From the NCBI RefSeq assembly GCF_009914755.1, contig NC_060933.1: DNA of 64,000 nt; one strand, 5' to 3'. Numbering within the stretch: position 1 is the first letter of the stretch; each line of letters begins with the position of its first letter. A model generated the notes under the pieces. The model searched no databases, was not told the DNA's origin, and saw only the letters and a program-made list of their open reading frames with translations. This stretch comes from the human T2T-CHM13v2.0 reference genome, Homo sapiens. A program made the translations under genes and the position numbers. Of the stretch, positions 28,610 through 46,794 are shown in pieces.

Positions 28610-28929
28610 TCAGTTCTATAAACCAAAAATGAGGAAACCAAACATCCCACAGCCCAACTCTAGGAAAGAGAGAAAGGGGAAAGATAATTTTTTTTTTTAA
28701 TTCTTGGTCTCTGAGCATTTGCAATTTGAACTGTGGTTCCCTGGCCACAGTTGTCTTCAGGAGTTGAAAATGGCCAGAAAGGGAAATATCTACATGGTTT
28801 ATCCTTGAGATGGCAAAGACATCTGCACCAATGCACAACCCACCGGGAGCATGCATTGCTAGCAGGTGAAATTCACATGGAAAAGTAGGATTGTGGGTTA
28901 GGGTAAGAGATACAGCGATGGTTACAAGT

Positions 28930-29160
28930 GCAGAATTTGGAGGCAAGTAGTCCTTGATTAGAATCCCAATACTAGCATTTGCTAGCTGCATAATCTTGGG
29001 CATGTCACTCAGCTTCTCTCTGAGCCACCCTCTCTTTACCTTTAAATGGAGTTGATGGTACTGTTTCATGGGATTGCGTGATGATTAAATGGTAATATTT
29101 ATCAACTTCTTAGTATCATACCTGATACATGGCGAGTGCCCAATAAGTGTCAGCTTAATA
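28930..29160. mobile_element. MIR SINE
   Basis: CTAGCTGCATAATCTTGGGCATGTCACTCAGCTTCTCTCTGAGCC...GATTAAATG. Confidence 0.65.
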
Positions 29161-30905
29161 AAGAAATCATTGTTCAAGTGTTTTCCCTTGGAATTTCTTA
29201 CTCATGTCAGGGAGAAATCCCTGCTTTATTTCATTATTTATAATTAGAAAGATTATCTCATCACTAGCCACTGGCTACCTGCCTGGGTTGATAAAGTGTA
29301 TGCTGTCTCAGGTGTGAACAAGTATGATGTTTTTTCTTTGGTCTTCTATCAGCTTTCAGGGATCAAAAGTTGTGTACTGGGTTCTCAGCTTGTTTCTTCT
29401 TCCACCTTTTTCTGCTTGTACTTTATGTCTAAAGGAAGAATGGCTGTATCACAGAGCAAAGCTGTTTGTGTGAAATGAGTGTGCCTACTTTTAATTAAAA
29501 GAAAGGAGATTTTTCTCAGTAAATGGTGCAGAACAGAACCCACTATTACTGCTTCTACAATGTAGAAAGGAAATTTAACGTAGTTGTTATTGGTGATTTA
29601 GAAAGTTTGGATTTAGGATATGGAAAAACCCATTGTTTTGTGGGATGCTTCTGAGGGTTAAATGCAGTCTCTCAGCCACTGTTTTGAAGGCTGAAGTGGC
29701 CATGGGTTAGAAGTTAGGGAGGAGAATATCTGCAGGGATTTCAACCAAAAATAGTTGAAAGATATAGATACTTGCTCTTGGGTATCCAAGGATTCAATGC
29801 CCTGTGAGAGTCTGAGCAACCTCTGAGCAACCTCTTGCTTTTAAGAGGGGTTATTTTCAAACTGTGTTCCACATAGATCTGGGGCTTTTCTAGAAGAACT
29901 GTGTTGAGAACATGGGTGGAGGTATCCCCCTCTTACTTCCAGGCACACCAAGAACAGCTGTTCACTTATCTGTCAAATAGTAGGGTTCCTTGGAAGATTT
30001 CATTTGCAAAAGGAGTTGTACTGCTAAAAACAAAAGTTTGCGGACTACAGAGGAAGATATGAGCATCTTGCACACAGGCCACACCTGTCTCAAAGGCCCT
30101 TTTTGCTCTTGTTTGATCTGAAGATATTCCAGGCAACACAGGAATAAAACCTGGCCCCCTTATTTTTGGAATTTTATGTAGTTTCTAGCAACCACCAAGT
30201 TTATCTGTTATATAAGAGCAAGGAAAACAATTGTTTTGAATTGAGTGATTTGGATTGCATTATCAAAAGGCAGCATATGTAGAGTGGGGCATGGGCTTAG
30301 GGCTCAGCACAGAAACCCTATCACCAAAAAGTTGGCCCTTTTTCCCATAGCCCTTTTTGAAGCTATTTCTAGAAACCTCATGTACAGCACAGTTTTTTAT
30401 AACAGATGGAGCAGCTCATTTTTGGTGGAAAATTGAGAGGAATTGTTTTTCCTTCCCAAATTGAATGAAAAGCATTGAAGTCAAAGGTGGCTGTCCTTTC
30501 TTGGAAATGTCCCTGCTTTTTGTATCTGTTGAGGAGAGAGTCCTAGATAGTTTCAGCAGAAGCTAACTGCATCATTTCTAAAGGTTATTATGTAGAGATC
30601 TGCCTATCAGTTGGGTGTTAGTTGGTGGCTCTGAAGCTAGTAATAAGGTTTTTCTAGAAAGTTCTGATCTTATTTTTGTGCCACAGCCCTAACGTTTGTG
30701 CTATTTTAAAAATCATGACTCTGTTGCTGTATGATAAATTTAGCTATTTGCTATTCAGTATTTACTACGTGATGGGCGCTTTACTAAGCACTGACATTCA
30801 TTAACTTATTTATTGCTCACGACAGTTTCCTGAAGTAGGGTTCATTGCTGATTTAAAGATACAAAAAGGAGGCTCAGGGATGTAAAGAAATATACCCAAG
30901 AATAG

Positions 30906-31320
<415 letters not shown>

Positions 31321-31492
31321 AGTCCCAAGAATATTTAGCTAGTGAGGTGGAATTCCAACACAGACCTTCCTGAGTTAGAGATTCACGCTGTCTGTCAACA
31401 ACATTGGGGTAGGATTCTGCCACACGGGTGAATTTTCTCTATTTCAATGACATGCTGGCTCCTATCATGTCTCCAGTCTGGGAGGAGGGTCA

Positions 31493-31918
<426 letters not shown>

Positions 31919-32260
31919 TCAAACTGTTGGCACTAAAGCCAGGGTTTTTCTATTCAGCTTTTGGGAATGAAAAGTAGTTTTAGGAATTGTTCACAATTTC
32001 TATTCTTGACATACAAATAGGGCTATGGGGAGTCCTTTGGTGTTCTTAAAATGAGCTCATGAGCTCAGAGCTATTTTTTCTTCATTTACAGGTTGGGCTT
32101 TCCAACTTTTTAGATATTGTGACTGAAACTTACTTTGAAAGAAAAGCCACCTCTCACTTTTTTAAAGGAGGAGTAGGTGGAATTTTCCATGGAACTGGGC
32201 TACAACTAGGACTTAGCCAAATAAGGGATGTGACATTTAGGAAGAAGCAGAGATGATTCA

Positions 32261-32761
<501 letters not shown>

Positions 32762-33168
32762 TTAGATAAACATGCATCATGCAACTCTTTAAATTTTAGA
32801 AATGGAGCAAAGAGAGGAAAGTGCAGGAAAATATTTGTTTTTGTTTGTTTTTTAAATCTTAAAGAATTGCCTTAACCCTCAGTAGATGAGAGAATTTTGT
32901 GATTTTCTTTCCCTTTCATATATAGTGCCTTAACGTCCTTTAACAGGAGGGAGGCTGTTTATGGAGCTAAAGGCCCTCTGCATGGGAGCTGTGTGTTTAG
33001 TCCTGCAGGTTGAGCTCTGTACAACTCCCAAGGGTGTCATTCATGTGGAGTGAAGTATTAAAAGTTGCCTTGGGGTTCTGTAGCGTGATGGCCTCTTGTC
33101 ACAATTAGACCCCATAGACATAAGTAGTGGCAGAACAAGTCCATTCCAAAGCTAGTCGTGTCTGATTA

Positions 33169-33522
<354 letters not shown>

Positions 33523-33657
33523 TCAGTTAAACTATTCCTCAGAAAGTTTTGCTTCTGAGAACCTGGGAATGGCAAACCCAATGCCACATCTATAGGCCAT
33601 TGCAGTCCAAGTGCCAGGCTTTGTTCACTGCATCCCCTACTGGTGCTGTCCCTATTA

Positions 33658-33995
<338 letters not shown>

Positions 33996-34112
33996 TTTCT
34001 TTTGCCTTCATGCATATTTGGGTTTTTCTCTTGGAAATGGTATTTTCCTATTGATCAGTGTCCTGCAGATTTAGAAAACTATATGTCTATGTTAGCGATG
34101 CTCTGAGCTTCA

Positions 34113-34535
<423 letters not shown>

Positions 34536-35198
34536 CTATGGGAGGTCTGTTGTATAGTTTATATTGGGATTTCATCAGTTTCTAGCGTTCAAATCATTTA
34601 CATAGATCATATTAGTAAAGATCAGAGACACATTGACACAGTATTATTAAGGCTGAGCTAAGGAAGGTGATAAGGCTTTGAAAAACTGTTCCTTAATAGA
34701 AAAAAGAAAGAGGTCCTGGGAGAAGCAGATCTTATGAAGCTCAAGTAAAACTGAATGCACCCTGTTCATTCATCTCGCGAATGCACGAAATTCCGTAAAA
34801 ACTCACTGGTCTCAACCTGACTTAAGGGAGATAATTTGCCCAGGGCTGAGCTTAAGTGGACTTTGCATAGTTTAGGAAGGAAAGTATTTCTCTGGAAATG
34901 GATCCTGTAAACTAGAGAGTAGAAACTGACTTTAAATCATTTAAAAGAACAAACTGTTTTTTTCTATTTATACTTCACATTGCTGCTAATTTCAAATGAG
35001 CCTTATGTGTCCATTAGAGCAGGCTACTAAGTTGAAAATCTTAGCTTGGAATTTGATTGAGGATATCCTTTCAGAGGAGAAAACATTTCTTTTCTGGAAT
35101 TGATTTAACTCAGACATTTCTAAGTTCTGGGGAACATTCTTCCTGCTTGTTTCATATTGTCAGAGCATACACTCCTTCAAATTTTGTTTGATCGAGAA

Positions 35199-35540
35199 CA
35201 GAGGTCCGCAAACTGTTACCCGAGGCCCACATCTGGCCAGCTGCTTATTTTGGTAGTCAGCAAGCTAACAACAGTTTTTCTTACTTTTTTACATGGTCGG
35301 GAAATAAATCCAAAGAAGAATATTATTTCATGGTGCATGCAAGTCATATAAAATTCCAATTCTGGTGCCACAGATAAAGTTTTATTGGAGCATAGCCATG
35401 CTTGTTCACTTATATATTGTTGATGGCTGCTTTTGTGTTACAAAATGTGCAGTTGAATAATTGTAATGGAAACTCTCTGGCCTATAAAGTCTAAAATATT
35501 TACCATCTGGCCCTTTACAGAAAATGTTTGCAATACTTGA
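35199..35540. mobile_element. MER58B-like hAT-Charlie MITE
   Basis: CAGAGGTCCGCAAAC...TAAAGTTTTATTGGA...CTAAAATATTTACCATCTGGCCCTTTACAGAAAATGTTTGC; ~340 bp. Confidence 0.8.
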
Positions 35541-37971
35541 TCTTGAATACAGACTCCTCTTTAACCCCGACTCATATCCTAAAGCTTACACCAGAGGCTC
35601 CAAAGCAGTTCTTAACCACCTAAACATGGTCTTTATGAGAAAGGGAGGACCCCAAACTGCAAGTGATGTATCTAGATTTAGGAAAAGAAAGGAGGTGTCA
35701 ACTACCTTTAATCCTGCTGGGCCTTGTGAGGCCAGAAACAGTTCCCTGGATATAGTGATTATACCCTTGACATTGGGATTTAAGCACAACTAAACTCAAG
35801 AGCATGTCCTTCTCAAATATTTCAGCAGTCCTGATACAGAAAGAGATATAGGACAAAAACAGAGCTAAGTGAAAATTAAATCAACCCTATGTCTTCTTAG
35901 CTCTCCTTCTTATCCCACTTTCCTGTTTTTCTCTGCTGTCCACCTGTCAGGAACTAATCTGTCATTGACAACGTACCCCTTCGTGTGAATTAAGTTACTG
36001 TCTTTTTTCTACGGGTGTCTATCTTTTAATCCTTATGTCTAATTGTTACATAAAACATTTTTTTCTATAAAATAAATTTTAAATGCCCCCTTGAAAGAGA
36101 TATTGGGAAAGTTACCTTACGGGGGGTGGGGGAATGAGATTGTGGATTGCCCATTAAGCTGTGGCAAAAGATGGATGGAGAGAAAAGATGCACGTTGGAA
36201 AATGTCTCTTCCTAATGAGAATCATCTTATCTCTTTGAATCGGATATTTAGTATGCCACTGATACTTTCATCTAATTGTCCCCAAATCCTGTTTCATCTG
36301 TTCATATAGTTGATAGAGTGATTTTTTTTTTACATAATGTCATGTTGTTCAGTAAATAGTAATAGTGATGGTGTTGGTACTTCTGCTAACACTTTTGGCT
36401 ATTTCTCTACTATTTTTTTTTTTTGGTAGGCAAATCAAGAAAGAGCATTGGTTTATAACTCAGAGAGGCAGTACTGTGGCCATGTCAGTAGTGGATGCTA
36501 CGTGTGCCCCATCCAGATCCCTTTATTAAATAAATGCTAGCCAAGTGAGTAAAAGGTACAACTTCCACAAATAAAATCAGTAGCTAAATTAAAGAGAGAG
36601 GGGGTCAGAATTATGAAAGAAGGGGGAATATTATGAATAAAAAATACAGTGGACAATAGTTGAGATGAGGACCAAGAGGCTTCACATAAATGCTGGCTCC
36701 ACATTTCAACTGCAAATGACATACTGTGGACTTACTGCCCTAGAAGCCAAGTGTTTCCATTATAGATTCCACACTGAATTTCTTGGCATTTCTTTATCAA
36801 AAGGCTGTTGTCTTCTTCTTACAGCTGTGCACTGGAATCTACCCTTGAACAATGTCAGTGGGCCTGGGAAATCAGAATTTTGAAACCCATTGCTGTGCTC
36901 CTGGTGGGTTGAGCAGCTGGTCTGGAGGAATTTCTGACAGTGCCAACTTAAAAATCTGTAGATTGTTACCATCTTCTAGATAGTGATTACCAAGTGCTGG
37001 CTTGATGAGGAACTCACTTCAGCGTCCACTTAGGGGAGAAAGAGTGATTCTCCCACAGCAGGGGCATGGTCACATCCAAGCCTGACAACCCCAAAGGGTA
37101 TCTTCAGTCACTTTACTCTCATCTCTCAGAGATAAGACAATTGAAATGAGAAGCCTTGGCTGCCTTAAAACATTCGGTGATTTCTTTGTAACTGCCAAGA
37201 ACCAAGCCCCTTTGCAGATGCCCCTGATGATGTCTCTAGCCTCCTACCCTACTGTTTTCCCACTCTATCATATAGCAGGACTGTATAGCTTGCAGTTCAC
37301 TAAGGTAAAGTTTCTCATGCTTTTCAGCTTTTCAGATGCTATTCCCTTTGCTGGAAATGTCATTACTCTTTCTCCACTTGCCCAGCCCCTTTTCTTTTTC
37401 AGAACTCAACCAAACATCACTTCTTCCAAAAAGCCTTCTCCAATGCTTTTCATTCCCTTTGCTTAGGTCTGTGATGGGTACCTGTCTGTATGCTCCTGCA
37501 GCCTCCCACAAATCCCTCTAAAACAGATAAGCTACAGTGTTATAATTTGGGTTTTGGTTCTCTTTCTTATAGCAACGTGCACCATTTCTTGAGAAGAGAA
37601 GCTGTTTCTTTCTCTTCTATACACCGGCATCGCCTGACCCACAGTAGGTATGAAATAAATATTTGCTGGATGAATAAATATTTGAATAAATTTCAGTTTG
37701 GTCTGTGAGAAAATCAAAATAGCAAATAAGAGCAGAATGTTCTGTATTACTGGTAGCTGTGGCTAAAAACAAAATTCCACCTTTCTTCTTCCAAAATTCC
37801 TGAGAGCTACTGGGTTGTCACTGTCAAGGCTTATGTTGCTATGAAAATATGCTTTGCTGGCTTTATGTTTCTGCCTATCACCCCTGCCTCCTGTCTCTTA
37901 TGGCATGCAGCAAATTCATGGCTTTGACCTTAAGCAGGGTTTAGTTGGGTTTATAAGAGTACAAAAGCAGA

Positions 37972-38090
37972 GAGAAAAGGGAGAGAGAGGAGAGGAGAGA
38001 GAAGAGGGGAGAAGGGAGGAAGGAGAGGGGAGGAGAATAGAGTGGAGGAGAGGGAAAGAGAAGGGAGGGAATGGGAGAGGAGGAGAGGGA
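37972..38090. repeat. GA-rich polypurine tract
   Basis: About 120 nt almost entirely G/A on the plus strand. Confidence 0.9.
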
Positions 38091-38146
38091 ATGATGACTG
38101 GTACACACTAATTTTTTTAAATGCCAACAGACACGGTACCTTTCGT

Positions 38147-38417
38147 TCTTCCCTCCTCCCTTCTTTCCTTCCCTTCCTTCCTCCCTCCCTCCCTCCCTCC
38201 CTCCCTCCCTCCCTCCCTTCCTCCCTCCCTCCCTCCCTTCCTTCCTTCCTTCCTCCCTCCCTCCCTCCCTCTCTCCCTCCCTCCCTCCCTCCCTCCCTCC
38301 CTTCCTCCCTCCCTCCCTCCCTCCCTTCCTTCCTTCCTTCCTTCCTTCCTCCCTTCCTCCCTCCCTCCCTCCCTTCCTTCCTCCCTTCCTTCCTTCTTTC
38401 CTTCCTTCCTTCCTTTT
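38147..38417. repeat. (CCCT)n/(CCTT)n polypyrimidine microsatellite
   Basis: About 270 nt of pure C/T. Confidence 0.97.
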
Positions 38418-38559
38418 CTATCCAGATTAAGCGGAATTGAAGACTTTCCAAGGGAATGATTTCCCTTATGCCTTAAGGAAAGAATTGGGGTGTTAATGCA
38501 GAGGTGGAAGGGAAGAATCAGAAGATTCTATGGAAATGCTGACTCTGAAGTAGCCAGGG

Positions 38560-39060
38560 TCCCTAAACACTCATGAAGCTCATACCACATACTTGTCTGC
38601 CTTCAGGGCACTGGGATTCAGCAGTGGATGATGGAGTCAGTCCTTATATTCTGCTCACTGATGGGGAGGCAGGCCATAGATATTACAGTAAACCAATACT
38701 TGCATAATATCAAGGCAGATAAGTTTCACAAGGAAACCTAGAGCAGCTTGAAGGGGTAGATCAGGATGGGGGTGCCTTTTTAGGCTGGTAGTCAGAGAAG
38801 CCCTCTGTTCTGGGTCATATCTGAGCTGCTGAGTGAAATGAGGGAGCACGCTCTGTGAAGTGCTGGGAAAAGAGTGGTATCCAGGGACTGGGAGCAGCAC
38901 ACTCCAAAGCCCGAGGGTGGGAGCAGGCTCAGCAAGCTTAAGGAACAGTGTGAAGGCCCAAGAGGCCATGGTGAAGTGAGCAAGGGAATGAGTGGCAGGA
39001 CTGAGGTCAGAGGATGGGCTGGCCGTGCCAGATTCTGTAGGGCCCTGTAACCCATGGCTG
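38560..39060 (+). mobile_element. L2 LINE 3' fragment
   Basis: GGTAGTCAGAGAAGCCCTCT...TGAGCTG...GGAACAGTGTGAAGGCC...TGAGGTCAGAGG...AGGGCCCTGTAACCCATGG. Confidence 0.7.
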
Positions 39061-40624
39061 GGTCTTTGGGCGAGAGGTGTGATAGGTGGCCAGGTTATGC
39101 ATATTTTTAGTATGGTGCCACATCAAGAAAAAGACTTACATTATGGCCCAATCCATCAGTAAAACCCTGGAATTCCCCAGGAAAAATTCTTCAGGGCCAC
39201 TGATTCTTCATTTTTCTCTGTAAGCCCCACAGACATTGAGTGGCGCCTGGCAGGCTTCTGCTATTAAGAATCCAGTGATACAGAGCTGGAAGGTTCTTGC
39301 TTCTGATGGTTGAACCTAAAACTCTGCAACATTTCAGGACTTATAGCCACATGGCTCCTTCACCCAAGAGCTCTCACTTTTCCTGTTTTCTTTCTTCCTC
39401 TATGCTTACCAAGGTCAGGTGCCTGGGCTTCTACTTCTTTAGCTATTCCATTTAACACATCTATGTTTGCCTCTTATGTCTCTGTCCAAAAGCGTCTTCC
39501 CATTGTAAGCCTTTCCTGATTCTCTGAAGTTAGATCCAGTGTCTCCTGAGCACTGGCTGCACCCTCTGTACCCTCGATCGTAGTGAGCAGAATGTTATCT
39601 CAGTGTCTGTTTGTTCGCTACACAGTGAGTTCCTTGGAATTAAATACCCGTCTTCTTTGCTCTAGTAACCCCAGAACTTAGCACAGAGCATGGTGATAGT
39701 ATTTTATTGACTGAGTGAATGCAGAAGGCTTTAAAAGTTAGAATTCAAGGAGGGAAAGAAACGTCTGCTTCACCTTAAATGAAACATGTATATTTTTTCC
39801 TGTGGAGAAAGGGATGGGGGAAATAGTCTGTGGACAGTGGAGAAGAACCAATAAAAAGAACTTTGCACATTTTTCCCACACTGAAGAATGTCTTTAAATA
39901 TGAAACATGATATCTTTGAAATGGCATTAAGGAGGCGTGGTGGGGAAATGCAACTGCTGAGGCTTTGGAATGCCAACATGGGGCTCTCATTCAGAAACAG
40001 AATAATTCTAGCTAGTAAATCTCCTGGTTATAGCCACATTACCTCCTTTCTCTAGTGGAGAAGCCCCACACCTCAGGATCTTAGGGAGATAAAACTTCTT
40101 CAGTGACTGCGCCGGTGTGAGGCTTTCTCACTGGAGGAAGGAGGCAATGTGGCCATCACCAGAAGGTGGAATGATTGAGGGGCAATAGGAATCTCTCTTA
40201 GATACAGCATTTATCAAACTCAAGGGAAAGCTAAGGGAGGGGGGCAGAGGAAGGAGGAGGAGGAAGAAGAGCAGGAGTGAGGGAAGAGGGAAGAAAGAGA
40301 GAGAAAGAGAAAGAAAAGAGAGGGATTTCATCTTTTGGGTATTTCTGATTCATTTGTTGCCCCTTGACACTTTATAACAAGCTCATGTTTATAAAGCTGA
40401 AATTTAAATCTCTACTATAGATTTATTTCTTCTTGGTTCTATCCCCGCCCCCCACCTTATTTTTTAATTAAACTATTCTTTCAGAGCATCCTTTATAAAC
40501 ATCTTATAGTTGGGTGGGAAGCAGTCAATGCAGAGTCAACAGAATTGACCACGTAAACTCATTTCAGACTCTGGCAGGGACTGCTCATTGTCTGCCAAAT
40601 TTCTCTCTTACAAATGACCTCAAT

Positions 40625-41025
40625 TTTATGTGGAAGTAACATGTTCAGACAGAAGACTACCTTTCCCTGCCTCCCTTACAGCTAGGAGTGGCCAATGAAC
40701 TATGGGGAGAAGTGATTGGTGGGGTTTCCAGAAAGACTCACCCAGAAGGTGCTCCTCTTTGGGAGTTTTGGTTCTTCCTCCCTTATGCTGCCTAGAACAC
40801 AGATGGAATGGCTGTATTACAGCAGCCATGTTGTGACACTGAGATGACTTTGAGAATGGAAGCCAAGGACTAAAAATGGTGGAAAAGAAAGAAGCAGCCT
40901 GGGTGCCTGACAATTTGAAACTACTAAGTTATCCCTGTACCTCCCAGCTCCAGATTCATTTTATAAGAAAGAAAACCAACTTCTATCTTAAGTAAGTGAC
41001 TGTGATTTGAGACTGAAGATATTGT
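40625..41025 (+). mobile_element. MLT1 (MaLR) LTR, old and degraded
   Basis: TTTCCCTGCCTCCCTTACAGCTAGG...GCAGCCATGTTGTGAC...GAGAATGGAAGCCA blocks. Confidence 0.65.
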
Positions 41026-42116
41026 GAGAAAGACTCTTCAAGCCATTTCCAAATATGTCCACACTTCTAACCCTTTTCTTGCATATCAAGCTTCAACTGG
41101 AATAACATCTCTTGCCATAACACCTTTGCCAGCTCTCCTGATTTCCTTGGATCACTCTTTTTCTCGAGTTCTGTCTAGCATTCTGAGTATCTAGTCTTCC
41201 GCAAGCACTATGAGCAGGCACAGATGAGTCCACATAACAATGCTGACTTTGGGAACTACTTTTCCTCAAATATCAGTACGGTACAATGTATGCAGTAGGT
41301 ACTCAATACATGCTTACTAATTAAATTGGAAGTAAAGACTATTACTTGCCAAACCCTGGAAAAGTAACATTTTCCACCTATACATTTCGAATATTTGGTG
41401 GCCAAAATTGAATAGGCTTATTTTTCATAAAGGAAGAAATATTTTAAAAACCTGGTTGTCTCTTCAGTTTAGCCACCGAGTAAGCATGGCCGCAGGTTCA
41501 GTGAACAGGTTGCATGGGCCAGAATGGACACAAGTTGCATGGGCCGCAATGTCAGGATTAAGCTGTCGTCATAGACAAACTAGGTTAATGTCTTAATGAC
41601 TAAGAGAAAAGAGAAAATGAGAGGGCACCATGGAAGTCTCAAAGGGCCGTGTGCCACTCTTCAGGGGTAACCTTGGCAGAAAGCAAAAGACCTGGAATAA
41701 AAACAGTTTGTAGAAAATAACAACAACAAAAAAAATATTATTACCAACATCTTGGTCATCTTTAAATGAAGTAAAATGAAAAGTAAATTAATTATTAGGC
41801 TAAAAGAAGGAAATAAACAAGAAACAATTGAAAAGATGCTGTGATGCACAGTTAAGAAAAGAAAACAAAAATCATAGGTAAATGCAAACACAAACCCTGA
41901 TGTTTAAAGTTCTCCTAGGAAGAAATATTTTAAAACCCCTATTTCCCAGTGGGGGAAATTTGCTGTATCAGTTGACAGGAGGTAGAAAAGACGAGTAAGC
42001 AGCCCTTTCAAAGTGGTGTTCAGGGGCTTCAGAGATGGAGAAAGTGGCTTGCTTTTGCATTTGGCTTTCTCATGTGAGGACACCCTGGCTGAGGAGATCT
42101 GCTAACCTCAGAATCA

Positions 42117-42482
<366 letters not shown>

Positions 42483-42689
42483 TCAACTGCATCTGGGCTG
42501 GAATCCTAGGTCTGCCACAGAGGAGCTGAGGGACCACAGGAGAGTCACATCTCTGGGTCTCTCTTTTTACTTTTGTAAAATAGGTCTAATTATACATCAC
42601 CCACATGACCCCATCGGAGTCTGAGAAGATTGAAAATAATGTCATGGAATATCCATTCCATAAAATGCTACTCAGATTTAAAGCAGTTA

Positions 42690-43571
42690 AAAGGAACCAA
42701 CTATTGATAAAAGAAGCAATTTAGATGAATCTCGAGAGAATTATGCTGAAGGAAAAAAAGCCAGTTTCAAAATGTTACATGCTGTATTGCTATGCACTGA
42801 ATGTCTGTGCCTCTCTAAAGTTCTTATGTTGAAACCTAATCCCCAATGTGAAGACATTTGGATCTAGGGACCTTTGGGAGGCCTCATGAATGGGAGTGGT
42901 GCCCTTATAAAAGAGACCTTGCCCCTTCTGTCCTGTGAGGACACAGTAAAAAGATGGCCTGCTGTCAGCCAGAAAGCAGGCCTTCATCAGACACCAAATC
43001 TGCTGGCATCTTGATCTTGGACTTCGCAGCCTTCAGAACTGTGAGAAATAAATTTCTTCTGTTTATAAGTTACTTGGTCTAAGGTATTCTTATTCTTGTT
43101 ACAGTAACTCAAATGGACTAATATGTGTAGGATCCCATTTATGCAGCATTCCTTGAAATGGCAAAATCATAGAGATGAAGAACAGATAAATGAATGCCCA
43201 GGGTTAGGCAGAGGGGCAAAGGGAGGGAGGTGGCTGTGGCTGCAAAGGGTAGCATGTGGGATTCTTGTAGTAAGACTGTTCTGTATCTTGACTCTAGTGG
43301 TGCATTCACAAATCTACATGTGTGATAAAATTGCATAGAACTAAGTATATACATACACATACGAATGAGTGTATGCAAAACTGGTGAAATATAAATAGAG
43401 TGGACAGATTACGCCAATGTCAATTTCTCAGTTGTTATATTAGTCTACATTTATGCAAGACGCTACCCTTGGGGGAACCTGGGTGATGGGCACAGGGGAT
43501 CTGTCTGTATGCTTTCTCACAATTGCATGTGAATCTACAATTATCTCAAAATCAAAAGATTAAAAAAAAAG
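42690..43571 (+). mobile_element. L1MC/MB-like 3' end interrupted by a MaLR LTR
   Basis: GATGAATCTCGAGAGAATTATGCTGA...[LTR]...AAATGGCAAAATCATAGAGATGAAGAACAGAT...GTGAATCTACAATTATCTCAAAA. Confidence 0.8.
42788..43122 (+). mobile_element. MLT1A/MST-type solo LTR nested in L1
   Basis: TGCTATG...GTTGAAACCTAATCCCCAATGTG...CTTGATCTTGGACTTC...CAGAACTGTGAGAAATAAATTTC...AATGGACTAATA; TGTAT/TGTGT flanks fit a decayed 5-bp TSD. Confidence 0.85.
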
Positions 43572-44052
43572 AATTGGCATGTAAATGTCCGGCCTTGCAT
43601 CCCGCATAATGTGGAAGCTCAATGATGATCCATCTCCTCTTTACACACTAGCCTCCTTCTTCCTCATAGTGCCTGTGGGGAGGTAAGCTGGGGGCTGGGG
43701 GAGAGGCAGAGGAGGAGTTTTCTTTTTGCAGTGCAAACTTCCCAGAAAAATGGAAAAAAAAATCTTGAGGAAAGAATCAATGACCTCAAATCAGGTAGCC
43801 CCTCAGCATCCTCACCTACAAGCTGCGGCTACAGGATACAACAGGTAAGTGCAGGGCCTGGACTTAAACTACAATCCTGTTACTTATAATCTGCTTGACA
43901 GGGGTATAAAAGTTAGGTGTTTTCTCAGAGAAAACCCCACAGTTGTGTTTGGACTAGATAATGGTTTATTTAAAAGATGCAACTGATTACCAACTTACAC
44001 ATGTTCATGAATTTCTTACAAAGCCTGGTTCCAATTTTTCTTTAAAAAATCC

Positions 44053-44458
<406 letters not shown>

Positions 44459-44551
44459 CTACAGGGCCCTTTTTCCTCCAGGCTTCTACTTTTTCTCTTT
44501 AAATAGGTTTTGGCCACATTGACTCTGTCTCATCTGCCCAGCACCAGCTCA

Positions 44552-44761
<210 letters not shown>

Positions 44762-44888
44762 CTACAACAAATTTTCGGAATGTTTTACAAAAGAACTCAC
44801 TGCAATCCAATAAGCAGTATTTCAGGAAATTGGACTTATTTCTGAGGGTTGCAAATGGGGACATGTGGGAGCAGGTGCCCATCCTTTA

Positions 44889-45158
<270 letters not shown>

Positions 45159-45411
45159 TCAGTCACAAGAGAGCAGGAGTCTTTGACAGCTCAAGCTGAC
45201 ATATGAAACGTGCCTGGAACTGGAGAGAAATTACAAAATTCTCAGCACACTCATCTGTCCCCATAGTGGATGTGCAAATCTAAACAAGTGCTACAGATTT
45301 GGCACCTTTCCCTATTATGGATGAGTGCGACACTTTAGTCATTTGTGTTTTTCTCAGACTTTGTGGTTAAAGAAACAATGCAAAGACTTAAAAATAAGCT
45401 CATGAGTGTAA

Positions 45412-46037
<626 letters not shown>

Positions 46038-46344
46038 TCCTCATCATATTTCTAATAACTCACAAAGTACTTACTGAGCTCTGAAAAATATTTACTGAAT
46101 GAAAAATTGACACTTTTGAACTTTTAAAATAATGCCGTAGGCTAAAGTGTTAGGAGGCTCATTTGTCATATATGTTTTCCATATACCATATTTTACTTTA
46201 AAAATATTTATTTGAACTTTATTTTAACCAGAACTTTTGTCTGAGAATATCAGACCAGCATCTTCTACATATGTCCCCCACCCCCAAAAGTGCTTTGGAA
46301 GGTTATTTGGAATTTTTTTTGAAAAATTAATTAATAAATTGCTA

Positions 46345-46794
<450 letters not shown>

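Noticed and set aside
37951-38459. Low-complexity ORFs (REGG / LPPS repeats)
   Set aside because: Translations of the (CCCT/CCTT)n microsatellite.
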